A stretch of DNA of 64,000 bases from a virus (lineage: Duplodnaviria > Caudoviricetes). Where the stretch lies: the IMG/VR virus record IMGVR_UViG_3300033518_000398, positions 14,764 through 78,763 of that record, one strand, 5' to 3'. Under the pieces are notes generated by a model that saw only the letters and a list, made by a program, of their open reading frames with translations, made no database searches and had not been told where the DNA came from. A program made the position numbers and the translations under genes. Of the stretch, positions 39,320-48,751 are shown in pieces; positions within the stretch are counted from its first letter, which is position 1; each line of letters opens with the position of its first letter.

Positions 39320-39393
39320 TCCCTCGTAGTTTAATTGGTAAAACCCCATACTTTTAATATGCGAAAGTCCCAGTTCGAGTCTGGGCGAGGGAA
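39320..39393 (+). tRNA. tRNA-Lys(UUU)
   Basis: Loop CTTTTAA; acceptor TCCCTCG/CGAGGGA. Confidence 0.85.
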
Positions 39394-39517
39394 CTCTGTG
39401 ATTTTCGAGTCTTAATCATGTGTTAAATTTATTTAGTTTATAAAAAAATCCTTGCATTTTTAAATAAAATGTATTATATTTGTTGAAAATAACTTTAAGC
39501 TAAAGTAATTTGAAAAA

Positions 39518-40282
39518 ATGGCTAATAAAAAGAAAAAGGTAACAACTACTATTACAACAACAGTTACGGAGGAAATTGTAAATATTCCTTCAAACGAAAA
39601 AACTCACATCATCTGTATTTTAGACCAAAGTGGTTCGATGGCAAGTATTATGTCGGACAGTATTGGTGGTTTTAATGCATTCTTAAAAAAACAAAAAGAA
39701 TTACCTGATGACGCAACAATTACTGTTGCATTATTTGATGATAAATATAAACTGCTTTATGATAATGTTGATATTAAAAAAGCGGAAGAACTTACAAGTA
39801 CTGTTTGGTATCCACAGGGAATGACAGCACTTTATGATGCAATTGGTAAAACAATTAATGTCGAAAAACGAAATTTTGAAAAACTTGGCAATGAAGCACC
39901 TGCAAAGGTATTGTGTGTTATTGTAACAGATGGAGAAGAAAATAGTAGTAAAGAATATAAACTTGAAGATATCAAGAAACTTATTAAGAAATGTGAAAAG
40001 GATGACTGGAACTTCATGTATTTAGCTGCTAATCAAGATGCTTTTGCTGTTGGAACAAGTTTTGGTGTAAGTGCTGGAAATACATATTCATATACAGCAA
40101 CTGCTGATGGTGTATTTAATATGTCCAACACACTAAATAATGCGAGTGTAAGCTATAGGTCAATGAACACTACATCTGCAGATTTCAAGGAAAAGTCGAA
40201 ATCATTGGTTGATGATGTTGATGATAAACTTGATGAAAATGGTATTATAACCACAAGTAATTCATTTACTGTTTCTAACTAA
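39518..40282 (+). CDS. vWA domain protein
   Basis: ILDQSGSM (DxSxS), TALYDAIG, VTDGEEN MIDAS motifs. Confidence 0.9.
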   Translation: MANKKKKVTTTITTTVTEEIVNIPSNEKTHIICILDQSGSMASIMSDSIGGFNAFLKKQKELPDDATITVALFDDKYKLLYDNVDIKKAEELTSTVWYPQGMTALYDAIGKTINVEKRNFEKLGNEAPAKVLCVIVTDGEENSSKEYKLEDIKKLIKKCEKDDWNFMYLAANQDAFAVGTSFGVSAGNTYSYTATADGVFNMSNTLNNASVSYRSMNTTSADFKEKSKSLVDDVDDKLDENGIITTSNSFTVSN

Positions 40283-40343
40283 AAATTTTCTGTTTTGTAT
40301 TAATTTCCGTTTTTTTGGAGGGGTGTTTTACGACACCCCTTTT

Positions 40344-42674
40344 TTATAATCTGAATTTAGCTAATTGCCTCATTCTCTCAAGTTGTTCGTTTAATACTTT
40401 CATTCTTTCAACATCTTCTTTAATTGGTTTTTTTCCAGTCTCTGGTGCGCTTGTATTTTTCTTTTTATCTAAATATTGGAATATGTTTACGAGTTCAGAA
40501 ATAAATGAAATTATTTGTTTTTTAAATAATAAAATATTTCCAGCATCTTTTTTAAATGATTTATTTGGTTCATCCATATTATATCCTTTAGCTTCTTCAA
40601 GCTTATTAATATTTCCTTTACTACCAAGTGTACCAATTTTATCAATAATATTCATAAATTTATATTGACCAGAATATAATGTTTGTAATATATCATGCAT
40701 CGAAAGACCAAGTTGTTTAACCTTTTCTGCATCTTTTGATGAAACATCAAACATTGTTTTAAAATCAACATTCATAATTGGGTTACTTCTTAATTTAGCA
40801 ATTTGACCGTCAAGTACCCTATCACCAGTATTTTTCATTTTCTTTACAATATTTCTAATTATTTCTAATCTGGTTAGAAATTCTTCGAATTTCTGAACAT
40901 TGTCATAACCCAATCCTCTTTGTTTCTTCAAGTATTCAATAGTACGTGGGTCTGTAAAATATTTACCTTCTTCCAGTTGTACTTCTTCTTTAATTGGGTT
41001 TGGAATTGGCATGGTATTTCCTTTTCTACGAACATTACCATCTTTGTCTTTAACTTCATAAGGACTACTATATTCTGGCTTCGTATAATTTCCTCTTGCA
41101 GGTCCTTTACGTGCATCAACAGTACTTAATTGTTTTTCATTATTTTTAACAAACTGAAAGAATTTCTTCAATTGATTATATAAATCATCTGTTGACATTG
41201 GTTTTGTTCCACCAGAAGTTGCTCCAGAGGTAGAAGCAGTATCACCATTGGTTGTAGTGGTTAAATCAACAACTGGTTGATTTTCTGCACTTGCTTCGAC
41301 AGGTTGTATTGATTGAAATAAATCGTTAAGCGTTTTTGCTCTCGATTGTTTTTGACCTTTCATTCTCATTAATTTAACTAATGCACCAGTACCAATTAAA
41401 CCAATTCCAAGTGGTAATAATACTGACCCAATACCAGCAACACTTGCAGCAATACCTGCTCCAGCACCAACGCCAGCTTTAACTGCCTGTTTCACCACAA
41501 CGGTTGCCACAAAACTACCTGCTTTAGAAATTCCAAATAAGTTTCTACCACCTTTCATATCACCAAAAGTATCTGCTCTGAATAGTTCTCCAACAGATTT
41601 ATTTGCACCATCACCACTAACTAATTGCTGTAATAATTGACCTTGCTGTTCAACAGTTCCACCGCCATTATTCATGAACATTTGTTGAACATTTTCGATT
41701 CCGAATTTATCGATAAATCCTTGAACATCCGCACCAGTTTGAATTGGACTACCTTGTATCTGACTTGCCCAATGTACAAACCCTTGTGCATCTGGTGCAC
41801 CACCATTGATGGTTTGTGTGATGGCATCAACACCCGGGGTGTTTCCTCCAAATATGCTTTGAATCAAATTAGCCAACCATTCTGTTTTTGCTAACCAACC
41901 AAGTGCACCAAGTGCAGTACCAACACCAAGTAAAACTGCTGGTAATTTGTTTGATTTAAGTGTTTGCATTCTTTGTGAATCTCTTGCAGTTGCACCTGCA
42001 CCAGTTTTTGCTTGAAGTTGTTGTCTAACAGCACCTGCAGCATCTGGTTTTTTACCGCCAGCAGGAGGTGTTGCTCCAGCAGGGGGTGTTGCTCCAGCAG
42101 GGGGTGTTGCTCCAGCAGGGGGTGTAGCTGAATTTCTTGATGGGTCGGCATATACAACAGCTTCATCCATTGTAGAATAAACTGCAGCAAGGTCAACATC
42201 GAGATATTTTTTAACATAGGTTGCGAGGTCTTCAATAATACCATTTGCAACATCAATAGGTAAAAATCCTTTATCTTCTGATTTTAATTTGGTTGATGCA
42301 GCAATAGAATCATAAACGGCACTAATTTCTAATATAGTTGCTAAAAATTGTTCTTGTTTTTCGTTGTTTGGAAACTTTGGGTTAGTTTCTTTAATTTTTG
42401 CATCTAATGCTTTAATTAATTCATTACCCTTTTTATCTACAATTGCTTTGATTTGTTCTGCAGCAGCTTTATCAACACCACCCTTACCTTTTATTTTACC
42501 ACCAGCTTTATATCTACCAAGCTTAGATAATCCATATTTAATTTTTTCCCATAAATCTTCGTTGAGTTGTTGCATACCTTCTTCGTTAAGACGGTTTTGG
42601 TTTTCTGAATAAGTATTACAGTCTTTAATGAAACCTTCTACGAATTCTTGTATTTTTTGTTCTTCATTAATCAT
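40344..42674 (-). CDS. Large putative virion/ejection protein with hydrophobic segments
   Basis: 776 aa; two Gly/Ala-rich hydrophobic stretches; LNE motifs; late motif at about 42707. Confidence 0.65.
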   Translation of the reverse strand: MINEEQKIQEFVEGFIKDCNTYSENQNRLNEEGMQQLNEDLWEKIKYGLSKLGRYKAGGKIKGKGGVDKAAAEQIKAIVDKKGNELIKALDAKIKETNPKFPNNEKQEQFLATILEISAVYDSIAASTKLKSEDKGFLPIDVANGIIEDLATYVKKYLDVDLAAVYSTMDEAVVYADPSRNSATPPAGATPPAGATPPAGATPPAGGKKPDAAGAVRQQLQAKTGAGATARDSQRMQTLKSNKLPAVLLGVGTALGALGWLAKTEWLANLIQSIFGGNTPGVDAITQTINGGAPDAQGFVHWASQIQGSPIQTGADVQGFIDKFGIENVQQMFMNNGGGTVEQQGQLLQQLVSGDGANKSVGELFRADTFGDMKGGRNLFGISKAGSFVATVVVKQAVKAGVGAGAGIAASVAGIGSVLLPLGIGLIGTGALVKLMRMKGQKQSRAKTLNDLFQSIQPVEASAENQPVVDLTTTTNGDTASTSGATSGGTKPMSTDDLYNQLKKFFQFVKNNEKQLSTVDARKGPARGNYTKPEYSSPYEVKDKDGNVRRKGNTMPIPNPIKEEVQLEEGKYFTDPRTIEYLKKQRGLGYDNVQKFEEFLTRLEIIRNIVKKMKNTGDRVLDGQIAKLRSNPIMNVDFKTMFDVSSKDAEKVKQLGLSMHDILQTLYSGQYKFMNIIDKIGTLGSKGNINKLEEAKGYNMDEPNKSFKKDAGNILLFKKQIISFISELVNIFQYLDKKKNTSAPETGKKPIKEDVERMKVLNEQLERMRQLAKFRL
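42058..42129 (-). repeat. 18-nt tandem repeat encoding (ATPPAG) x4
   Basis: ccagcag(a/g)gggtgttgct-type units. Confidence 0.85.
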
Positions 42675-42903
42675 GTGGAAATATTTTATAGTTATAATGA
42701 TTTACCTATAAATACAAGAAAATTTCGAATTAGAATTAAAATTAAATAACAAATTATTTTCAATCAATTTTTCGTAAAATTCTATGACACATCAACTTAA
42801 AAAATATTAAATAATTCTTCCTAAAATAATTTAAATCACTTGTATTTATTCGGACGATTCAATATATTTGCAAACATAAATTTATAAAAAATTACTATTC
42901 ACT

Positions 42904-45900
42904 ATGGCACAAAAAACCCTAAAAACCTACACAAAACAAGAAGTTGAAAAAGCAACATTAAACTATTTTAAAGGAGATGGATTAGCTACCGATGTATGGA
43001 TGAAAAAATATTGTTTAAAGGATGAAAACAATTATTACGAACTCACTCCTGATGATATGCATAAAAGAATTGCAAGTGAACTTGCAAGAATAGAAGCTAA
43101 ATATCCAAACCCACTTACCGAAGAACAAATTTTTGAAACATTGAAAAATTTTAAGAGAATTGTACCACAAGGAAGTCCGATGTCAGGAATTGGAAATAAT
43201 TTTCAGGTAGTATCTATTGGTAATTGTTTTGTTATTGGAAATTATGGTGATGGTGATTCTTATGGTGGAATATTGAATATCGACCAAGAACAGGTTCAAT
43301 TAATGAAACGCAGGGGTGGCGTTGGACATGATTTATCACATATTCGTCCAGCAGGTAGTCCAGTAAAAAATAGTGCAATTAGTAGTACAGGTATCGTACC
43401 CTTTATGGAAAGATATTCAAACAGTACCAGAGAGGTTGCACAAGACGGTAGACGTGGAGCACTTATGCTCAGTGTGTCGATTAAACATCCAGATTCTGAA
43501 GCATTTATTGATGCCAAACTTGAATCTGGTAAGGTAACAGGTGCTAATGTTTCAGTTAAAATCACCGATGAATTCATGAAAGCAGTAATGAATAATAATA
43601 TGTTTCAACAGCAATATCCAATAGATAGTGATAACCCTAAATATGTTAAAAGCATTGACGCTCAAAAACTTTGGAAGAAAATTGTATATAATGCATGGAA
43701 ATCAGCCGAACCCGGTATCTTGTTTTGGGATAAAATAATTGGTGAATCAATACCTTCTTGTTATGGTAAGGAATGGATTGAAAGAAGTACTAATCCATGT
43801 GTTAGTGAAGATACATTAGTATTAACACATCATGGTTATTATGAAATTAGTGAGTTAGTAGATAAGCCAACATTTGTTTGGAATGGTATGAATTTCTCCG
43901 AAGTTACGCCAACAATTACTGGTTATAATCAGAAAATGTTAAAAGTTATCTTTAGTGATGGTTCTGAATTGAAATGTACACCATATCATGGATTTTATAC
44001 TTGGGAAGGTTTTGAACGTGATGGAAAATCAATAAAAAAGGAAGCTAAAGATTTAATCGTTGGAGATAAACTCGAAAAACATGAATTTCCAACACTTTTT
44101 GACCATCAAGTTTTTCATGTCGATAAAACTTTTTATACGTTAGGATTTTTTGCTGGTGATGGTTTTGTGAAAAGAGATAGCACAGCACATGTATCGTTAT
44201 ATGGTGCAAAGAAAAATCTTCTTGATAAATTAGATGTAATTGGTAATGTTTCTGAAGATATTGAAAATGATAAATTAACAATACGTGTTGACTTACCTGT
44301 AGATTATTTTGGAATTGATTTACATGAACTAAAAAAATATGTTCCTAAACGTCATGATAATAATTCATCGGCAATGATGTCATGGTTGGCAGGTATTATA
44401 GATTCTGATGGATGTCGTAATTCAGAAGAAGGTTCAATTTCAATATCATCAATAGATAAACAATTCTTAATGGATATTAAGTTACATCTTTTGAACGTAA
44501 TGGGTGTCAGTGGTAGTGTAATTGATGAAAAAGAAGGTGGGTTACATGAAATTAAAGGCGTTAAATATGATTGTAATAAATCATATCGTTTAATAATTAG
44601 TGCATATAATGTTAAAAAACTTTATGATTTAGGTTTACGTACCTATCGTGTTAAAATCGATGATGTTAATCCGAACCGTGATGCAAGTAGATTCATTACT
44701 GTGAAATCGATTGAGGAAATAGAAGATGCTGAAAAGGTTTATTGTTTTACTGAACCAGAAAGAGGTCGTGGATGTTTCAACGGTATTGTTACTGCGAATT
44801 GTGGCGAGTTACCACTCCCGCCATATGATAGCTGTAGATTACTTGCAATTAATTTATTTGGTTATGTGAGAAATCCGTTTACCAAAGAAGCATATTTTGA
44901 TATGGAAAGTTTTAAGGGCGATGTGATTATATCTATGCGATATATGGATGATATTATCGATTTAGAACTCGAAAAAATCGATAAAATATTAGAAAAAATC
45001 GAATCTGACCCAGAACCTGAAAATTTAAAAAGTGTAGAAAAAGAATTGTGGAATAATATTAGAAGAAAAGCTGAGTTAGGTCGTAGAACTGGACTTGGTG
45101 TTACAGGTGAAGGTGATATGATTGCTGCAATGGGACTACGTTACGGTACTGATGATGCCACCGAATTTAGTGAAGAAGTTCATAAAACATTGAAATTAGA
45201 AGCATATCGCTCAAGTGTTATTATGGCTAAAGAACGTGGTGCATTTCCGATATACGATTGGGATAGAGAAAAATTCAATCCATTTATTCGTAGAATAATG
45301 GATGAGGATACTGAATTATATAATGAAATGGTAACTTTTGGTCGTAGAAACATTGCATTACTTACAATCGCACCGACTGGAACAGTTAGTATTATGACAC
45401 AAACTACATCTGGAATTGAACCAGCATTCTTACCAGTATATATGCGTAGGCGTAAGATTAATCCGCAGGAAAAGGACGTTCGAATTGATTTTATTGATGA
45501 AGAAGGTGTTGCTTGGATGGAATATCCAGTATTTCACCATAAATTTGAAATGTGGTTAGGAATCAATGGCTACGATGTTGAAGTGGTGAAAACCATGAAT
45601 AAGGAACAACTGGATGAAATTGTTAAAAAATCCCCATTTTATAAAGCAACTTCCAATGACGTTGATTGGGTAAAAAAGGTTGAAATGCAAGGCAGGGTTC
45701 AAAGGCATGTTGACCATTCCATAAGCACAACTGTGAACGTCCCTAATGATACAACAGAGGAACTTGTTGGTAAAGTATATGAAACGGGTTGGCGTAGTGG
45801 TTGTAAGGGTATTACTATTTATCGTGATGGTAGTCGTAGTGGTGTGTTGGTTAGTCAAAAAGAAGAAAAGAAAGTAGAAGAACTCCAAGACGTGCATGCA

Positions 45901-46473
45901 CCAAAACGTCCCAAAAGATTAAAAGGTGAAATACATAGGTTTCAGAACAATCTGGAAAAATGGATAGCTGTTGTTGGTATGAAAGATGGTAGACCATATG
46001 AAATCTTTACTGGTGTTAATGCTAATGGTCTTAGTAATTTACCAACAAACGTTAAAGACTGTGAAGTCGTTAAAAATATTATCGAAGTCGAAGTTCTTGA
46101 TGATAACGATAAACCAATTAAAATAAAGAAAAAAAGATATGATATTGAATATGTTGATGTTGATGGCATTAAACAAGTACACACTGGTTTAAATCATGCA
46201 TTCAATCCAGAGTTCTGGAACTATGCCAAGTTAATCTCTGGTATAATGAGACATGGTATGCCAGTTCTTAAACAATACGAATTAATTGAGTCATTGAATT
46301 TTAAAGAAGACTATATTAATACGTGGAAAAATGGTGTGGCACGTGTAATTAAAAAATATATTAAGGATGGTGTTAAAAGCAAAGGAACGTGTCCTGAATG
46401 CGGTGGTACTGATTTTATTTTTCAAGAAGGATGTGTTAAATGTAGTAGTTGTTCTTGGACGAAATGTGGATAA
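42904..46473 (+). CDS. nrdJ: Class II (B12-dependent) ribonucleotide reductase with intein
   Basis: PQGSPM, NPC..E active site, TIAPTGT, C-terminal TSCPD-like region and Zn ribbon; Bacteroidota-like N-terminus. Confidence 0.9.
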   Translation: MAQKTLKTYTKQEVEKATLNYFKGDGLATDVWMKKYCLKDENNYYELTPDDMHKRIASELARIEAKYPNPLTEEQIFETLKNFKRIVPQGSPMSGIGNNFQVVSIGNCFVIGNYGDGDSYGGILNIDQEQVQLMKRRGGVGHDLSHIRPAGSPVKNSAISSTGIVPFMERYSNSTREVAQDGRRGALMLSVSIKHPDSEAFIDAKLESGKVTGANVSVKITDEFMKAVMNNNMFQQQYPIDSDNPKYVKSIDAQKLWKKIVYNAWKSAEPGILFWDKIIGESIPSCYGKEWIERSTNPCVSEDTLVLTHHGYYEISELVDKPTFVWNGMNFSEVTPTITGYNQKMLKVIFSDGSELKCTPYHGFYTWEGFERDGKSIKKEAKDLIVGDKLEKHEFPTLFDHQVFHVDKTFYTLGFFAGDGFVKRDSTAHVSLYGAKKNLLDKLDVIGNVSEDIENDKLTIRVDLPVDYFGIDLHELKKYVPKRHDNNSSAMMSWLAGIIDSDGCRNSEEGSISISSIDKQFLMDIKLHLLNVMGVSGSVIDEKEGGLHEIKGVKYDCNKSYRLIISAYNVKKLYDLGLRTYRVKIDDVNPNRDASRFITVKSIEEIEDAEKVYCFTEPERGRGCFNGIVTANCGELPLPPYDSCRLLAINLFGYVRNPFTKEAYFDMESFKGDVIISMRYMDDIIDLELEKIDKILEKIESDPEPENLKSVEKELWNNIRRKAELGRRTGLGVTGEGDMIAAMGLRYGTDDATEFSEEVHKTLKLEAYRSSVIMAKERGAFPIYDWDREKFNPFIRRIMDEDTELYNEMVTFGRRNIALLTIAPTGTVSIMTQTTSGIEPAFLPVYMRRRKINPQEKDVRIDFIDEEGVAWMEYPVFHHKFEMWLGINGYDVEVVKTMNKEQLDEIVKKSPFYKATSNDVDWVKKVEMQGRVQRHVDHSISTTVNVPNDTTEELVGKVYETGWRSGCKGITIYRDGSRSGVLVSQKEEKKVEELQDVHAPKRPKRLKGEIHRFQNNLEKWIAVVGMKDGRPYEIFTGVNANGLSNLPTNVKDCEVVKNIIEVEVLDDNDKPIKIKKKRYDIEYVDVDGIKQVHTGLNHAFNPEFWNYAKLISGIMRHGMPVLKQYELIESLNFKEDYINTWKNGVARVIKKYIKDGVKSKGTCPECGGTDFIFQEGCVKCSSCSWTKCG
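43798..44799 (+). mobile_element. 334-aa intein with LAGLIDADG endonuclease at the NrdJ active site
   Basis: NP/CVSEDT...GIVTAN/CGE; TLGFFAGDG and WLAGIIDSDG motifs. Confidence 0.9.
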
Positions 46474-46619
46474 TTGGGAAATTTTTAAAGTTTTGATGAA
46501 AATCAACTCACTGTGAATTTCGATGGTCAGGATTTGAATATCACCTTCGCATTAGAAGAAAAAGAAGAAAAAATCTAAACTTCCGATAAAGGTTAGTAGT
46601 CAAATGATTTTTCATTTGG

Positions 46620-46651
46620 AAACCCATCATTTAATATTTGATGGGTTTTTT
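46620..46651 (+). terminator. Intrinsic terminator after nrdJ
   Basis: AAACCCATCA-TTTAATATT-TGATGGGTTTTTT. Confidence 0.75.
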
Positions 46652-46793
46652 TATAACAATAAATTAACGTTTGTTTATTTCCATTTACTTTTTTTCAAGT
46701 AATTATATTTGTCAGGTCGGAAAGTGCCTTAAATGTTCCAATAGAGGAAGAGCCTGATTCCTATTTTTTTCGTATTTATAATAAAAGATTATC

Positions 46794-47009
46794 ATGAAAA
46801 AGAAATTATTTATATTTTTACTATTATTAACATCTGTAATATTTACTAGTTGTGCTACTCAAGAATATGCTACAACATATAAAAAACAAAAAAGTCTTAT
46901 GTTATTGGATAATACTAATTTAAGTGGAAATAATAAGTATTATCAACAAAAACATACTCGTTATAATAAGAGTAGTTATAACAAACATATAAAAAAATTT
47001 AAAAAATAA
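46794..47009 (+). CDS. Small putative lipoprotein
   Basis: Signal peptide with FTSC lipobox-like sequence. Confidence 0.7.
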   Translation: MKKKLFIFLLLLTSVIFTSCATQEYATTYKKQKSLMLLDNTNLSGNNKYYQQKHTRYNKSSYNKHIKKFKK

Positions 47010-47102
47010 TTGAAAATAATTTGGAATTATCAAAACTTTATTTACCTTTGCAAAGTATTTAGATGAAAGAGATTTCAAATTTAATCAAAACATATTAAAA
47101 TA

Positions 47103-47231
47103 ATGAAAGCACAGGTATCCAATATTAATATTTCGTCAACGATTAATAGTCGTAATGGAAATGGTATATTCTGTTCAAGTTTTACAGGCAGAAATATAGC
47201 AGATACGGGTTCTGGTTTTCATGAGTCATAA
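47103..47231 (+). CDS. Attenuator leader peptide 4: MKAQVSNINISSTINSRNGNGIFCSSFTGRNIADTGSGFHES
   Basis: 42 aa after TACCTTTG (47043); 8 Ser, 6 Asn, 5 Ile, 5 Gly, 1 Cys; CGGGTTCT 47206-47213 complementary to the terminator 5' arm. Confidence 0.8.
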   Translation: MKAQVSNINISSTINSRNGNGIFCSSFTGRNIADTGSGFHES

Positions 47232-47255
47232 ATAACTCATAAAAATATTAAAAAG

Positions 47256-47285
47256 AACCCGAATTCACAAGATTCGGGTTTTTTT
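47256..47285 (+). terminator. Attenuator terminator 4
   Basis: AACCCGAATT-CACAA-GATTCGGGTT followed by a U tract. Confidence 0.85.
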
Positions 47286-47299
47286 GTTCTTTGAAATAT

Positions 47300-47983
47300 T
47301 TATAATAAAATTTTGGTGCGGATGATTTCATCGATAATTGTGAAATATGTGTATGCCCTATCTATTTTAAAATTAATGAATTTTGATGTGTCTATAATAC
47401 ATAACTCAATTCCCTGTTCTAAACAGGCTTGAAATTTACGGTTATCGTTATTTTGAATCTGGTTTAGTTTATCTTCACCATAAATTGGTTCATAATGAAA
47501 AACACCATTAAGTTCGAATGCAAGTTTAAGTTCTGGAATATAAATATCAAGTTCAGAATTTATAGTAGTTTTATCATTGAAGAAAAAGTCAATGTTTGGA
47601 TATTTTTTTATTAATTCAATGGCAATCCATTTTTCAAGTTTTGAAATTCGAGTACCTTTAGTCTTGTGTGTGTTATTATATGTAATAGAACAAGACCTTG
47701 AGCAGAAATTTTTTGTGGATTTAGAATTTTTTATTTCATAATTCGTTTTAATAATTTCTTTTCCGCAATTACCACACATCACTATGTGTCTTTTAGTTAA
47801 AATTTGATATTGATGTGAACAATTTTGTGAACAAAATTTTGCCGAATTTCTTTTACAATTAATTGCATACATAATTTGTCTTTTTGTTGTATGAAAAGGG
47901 TTACCACAAAATTCGCATTTACATTCAAATAAATCTGTTACTTTTCCAGATATTAATTTTTCATTTTCAAATAATGGTATCAT
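47300..47983 (-). CDS. Homing endonuclease with Zn fingers and PD-(D/E)xK domain, antisense to the tRNA cluster
   Basis: CxxC repeats; ELDIYIPELKLAFELNGVFHY. Confidence 0.85.
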   Translation of the reverse strand: MIPLFENEKLISGKVTDLFECKCEFCGNPFHTTKRQIMYAINCKRNSAKFCSQNCSHQYQILTKRHIVMCGNCGKEIIKTNYEIKNSKSTKNFCSRSCSITYNNTHKTKGTRISKLEKWIAIELIKKYPNIDFFFNDKTTINSELDIYIPELKLAFELNGVFHYEPIYGEDKLNQIQNNDNRKFQACLEQGIELCIIDTSKFINFKIDRAYTYFTIIDEIIRTKILL

Positions 47984-48130
47984 ACGTAAATTTTATTATA
48001 AATACTTTAAAAATTGAATTTCTATTCAGTTTTTAAACTCAAAATAAAATATAACTCTTACTGGTTATAAACATCAAATATAGCCTCTACAGGTTATACC
48101 GTAAGACGTTCATTGACATGCTGGTTTTAT

Positions 48131-48211
48131 GAAGGGTTGCCTGAGTGGTCGAAAGGGACTGTCTGCAAAACAGTTAGGAAACTCACGTGGGTTCAAATCC
48201 CACACCCTTCT
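48131..48211 (+). tRNA. tRNA-Cys(GCA) with extended variable region
   Basis: ACTGT-CTGCAAA-ACAGT; U73; variable TAGGAAACTCAC. Confidence 0.85.
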
Positions 48212-48339
48212 CAAACATTATTTAGTAGTCGTATGCTATAGGACACTCTGGGCGATTGGACACCAGAGTCAACAGAGATAGACAGACAAAAACGTAATGG
48301 GCATGCGTATCGTACAATCCGCAATGGCATGCTAAATAT

Positions 48340-48420
48340 TGTGACGTGGATGAATGGTTTAGTCACCACGCTGATACCGTGGGTCGCAAGACAACGTGGG
48401 TTCGAGTCCCACCGTCACAA
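48340..48420 (+). tRNA. tRNA-Ile(GAU) with long variable arm
   Basis: CCACG-CTGATAC-CGTGG; variable GTC-GCAA-GAC-AAC; A73. Confidence 0.85.
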
Positions 48421-48437
48421 CAAAGTGTTGCAACACT

Positions 48438-48526
48438 GAATGATTAGAATTTCGTAGCATAGTGGTAATGCTGCCCGCAAGAAAGGGTGAAGATTGGTTC
48501 GAGTCCAATCAAAATTTTAATCATTC
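48438..48526 (+). ncRNA. tRNA-like element with about 17-bp extended acceptor stem and atypical anticodon loop
   Basis: D and T arms intact; loop GCAAGAAA; GAATGATTAGAATTTCG pairs with CAAAATTTTAATCATTC (one mismatch). Confidence 0.5.
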
Positions 48527-48532
48527 GTTAAT

Positions 48533-48623
48533 GGATAGGTACTCAAACTGGTTAAGAGGATAGTCTTGAAAACTATTAGGTCGGTTAATCCCCGATGTGT
48601 GAGTTCGAACCTCACTCTATCCG
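48533..48623 (+). tRNA. tRNA-Ser(UGA)
   Basis: ATAGT-CTTGAAA-ACTAT; long variable arm; G73. Confidence 0.9.
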
Positions 48624-48679
48624 CATTATATTATTCGATTATTTAAAATATTTAGAACTATATTTAAATATTTTTTACT

Positions 48680-48751
48680 GCGAGTGTAGCACAACGGCTA
48701 GTGCGTCTGGCTTCCACCCAGAGGATGAGGTTTCGACTACCTCTACTCGCT
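48680..48751 (+). tRNA. tRNA-Gly(UCC)
   Basis: TCTGG-CTTCCAC-CCAGA; U73. Confidence 0.9.

Noticed and set aside
46712-46758. SRP RNA-like hairpin (TCAGGTCGGAAAG...CCTGA) after a TATATTTG element
   Set aside because: Only a partial match to the SRP loop, the GGAAGCAG motif is missing, and it is too short; a small RNA cannot be excluded but is unsupported.
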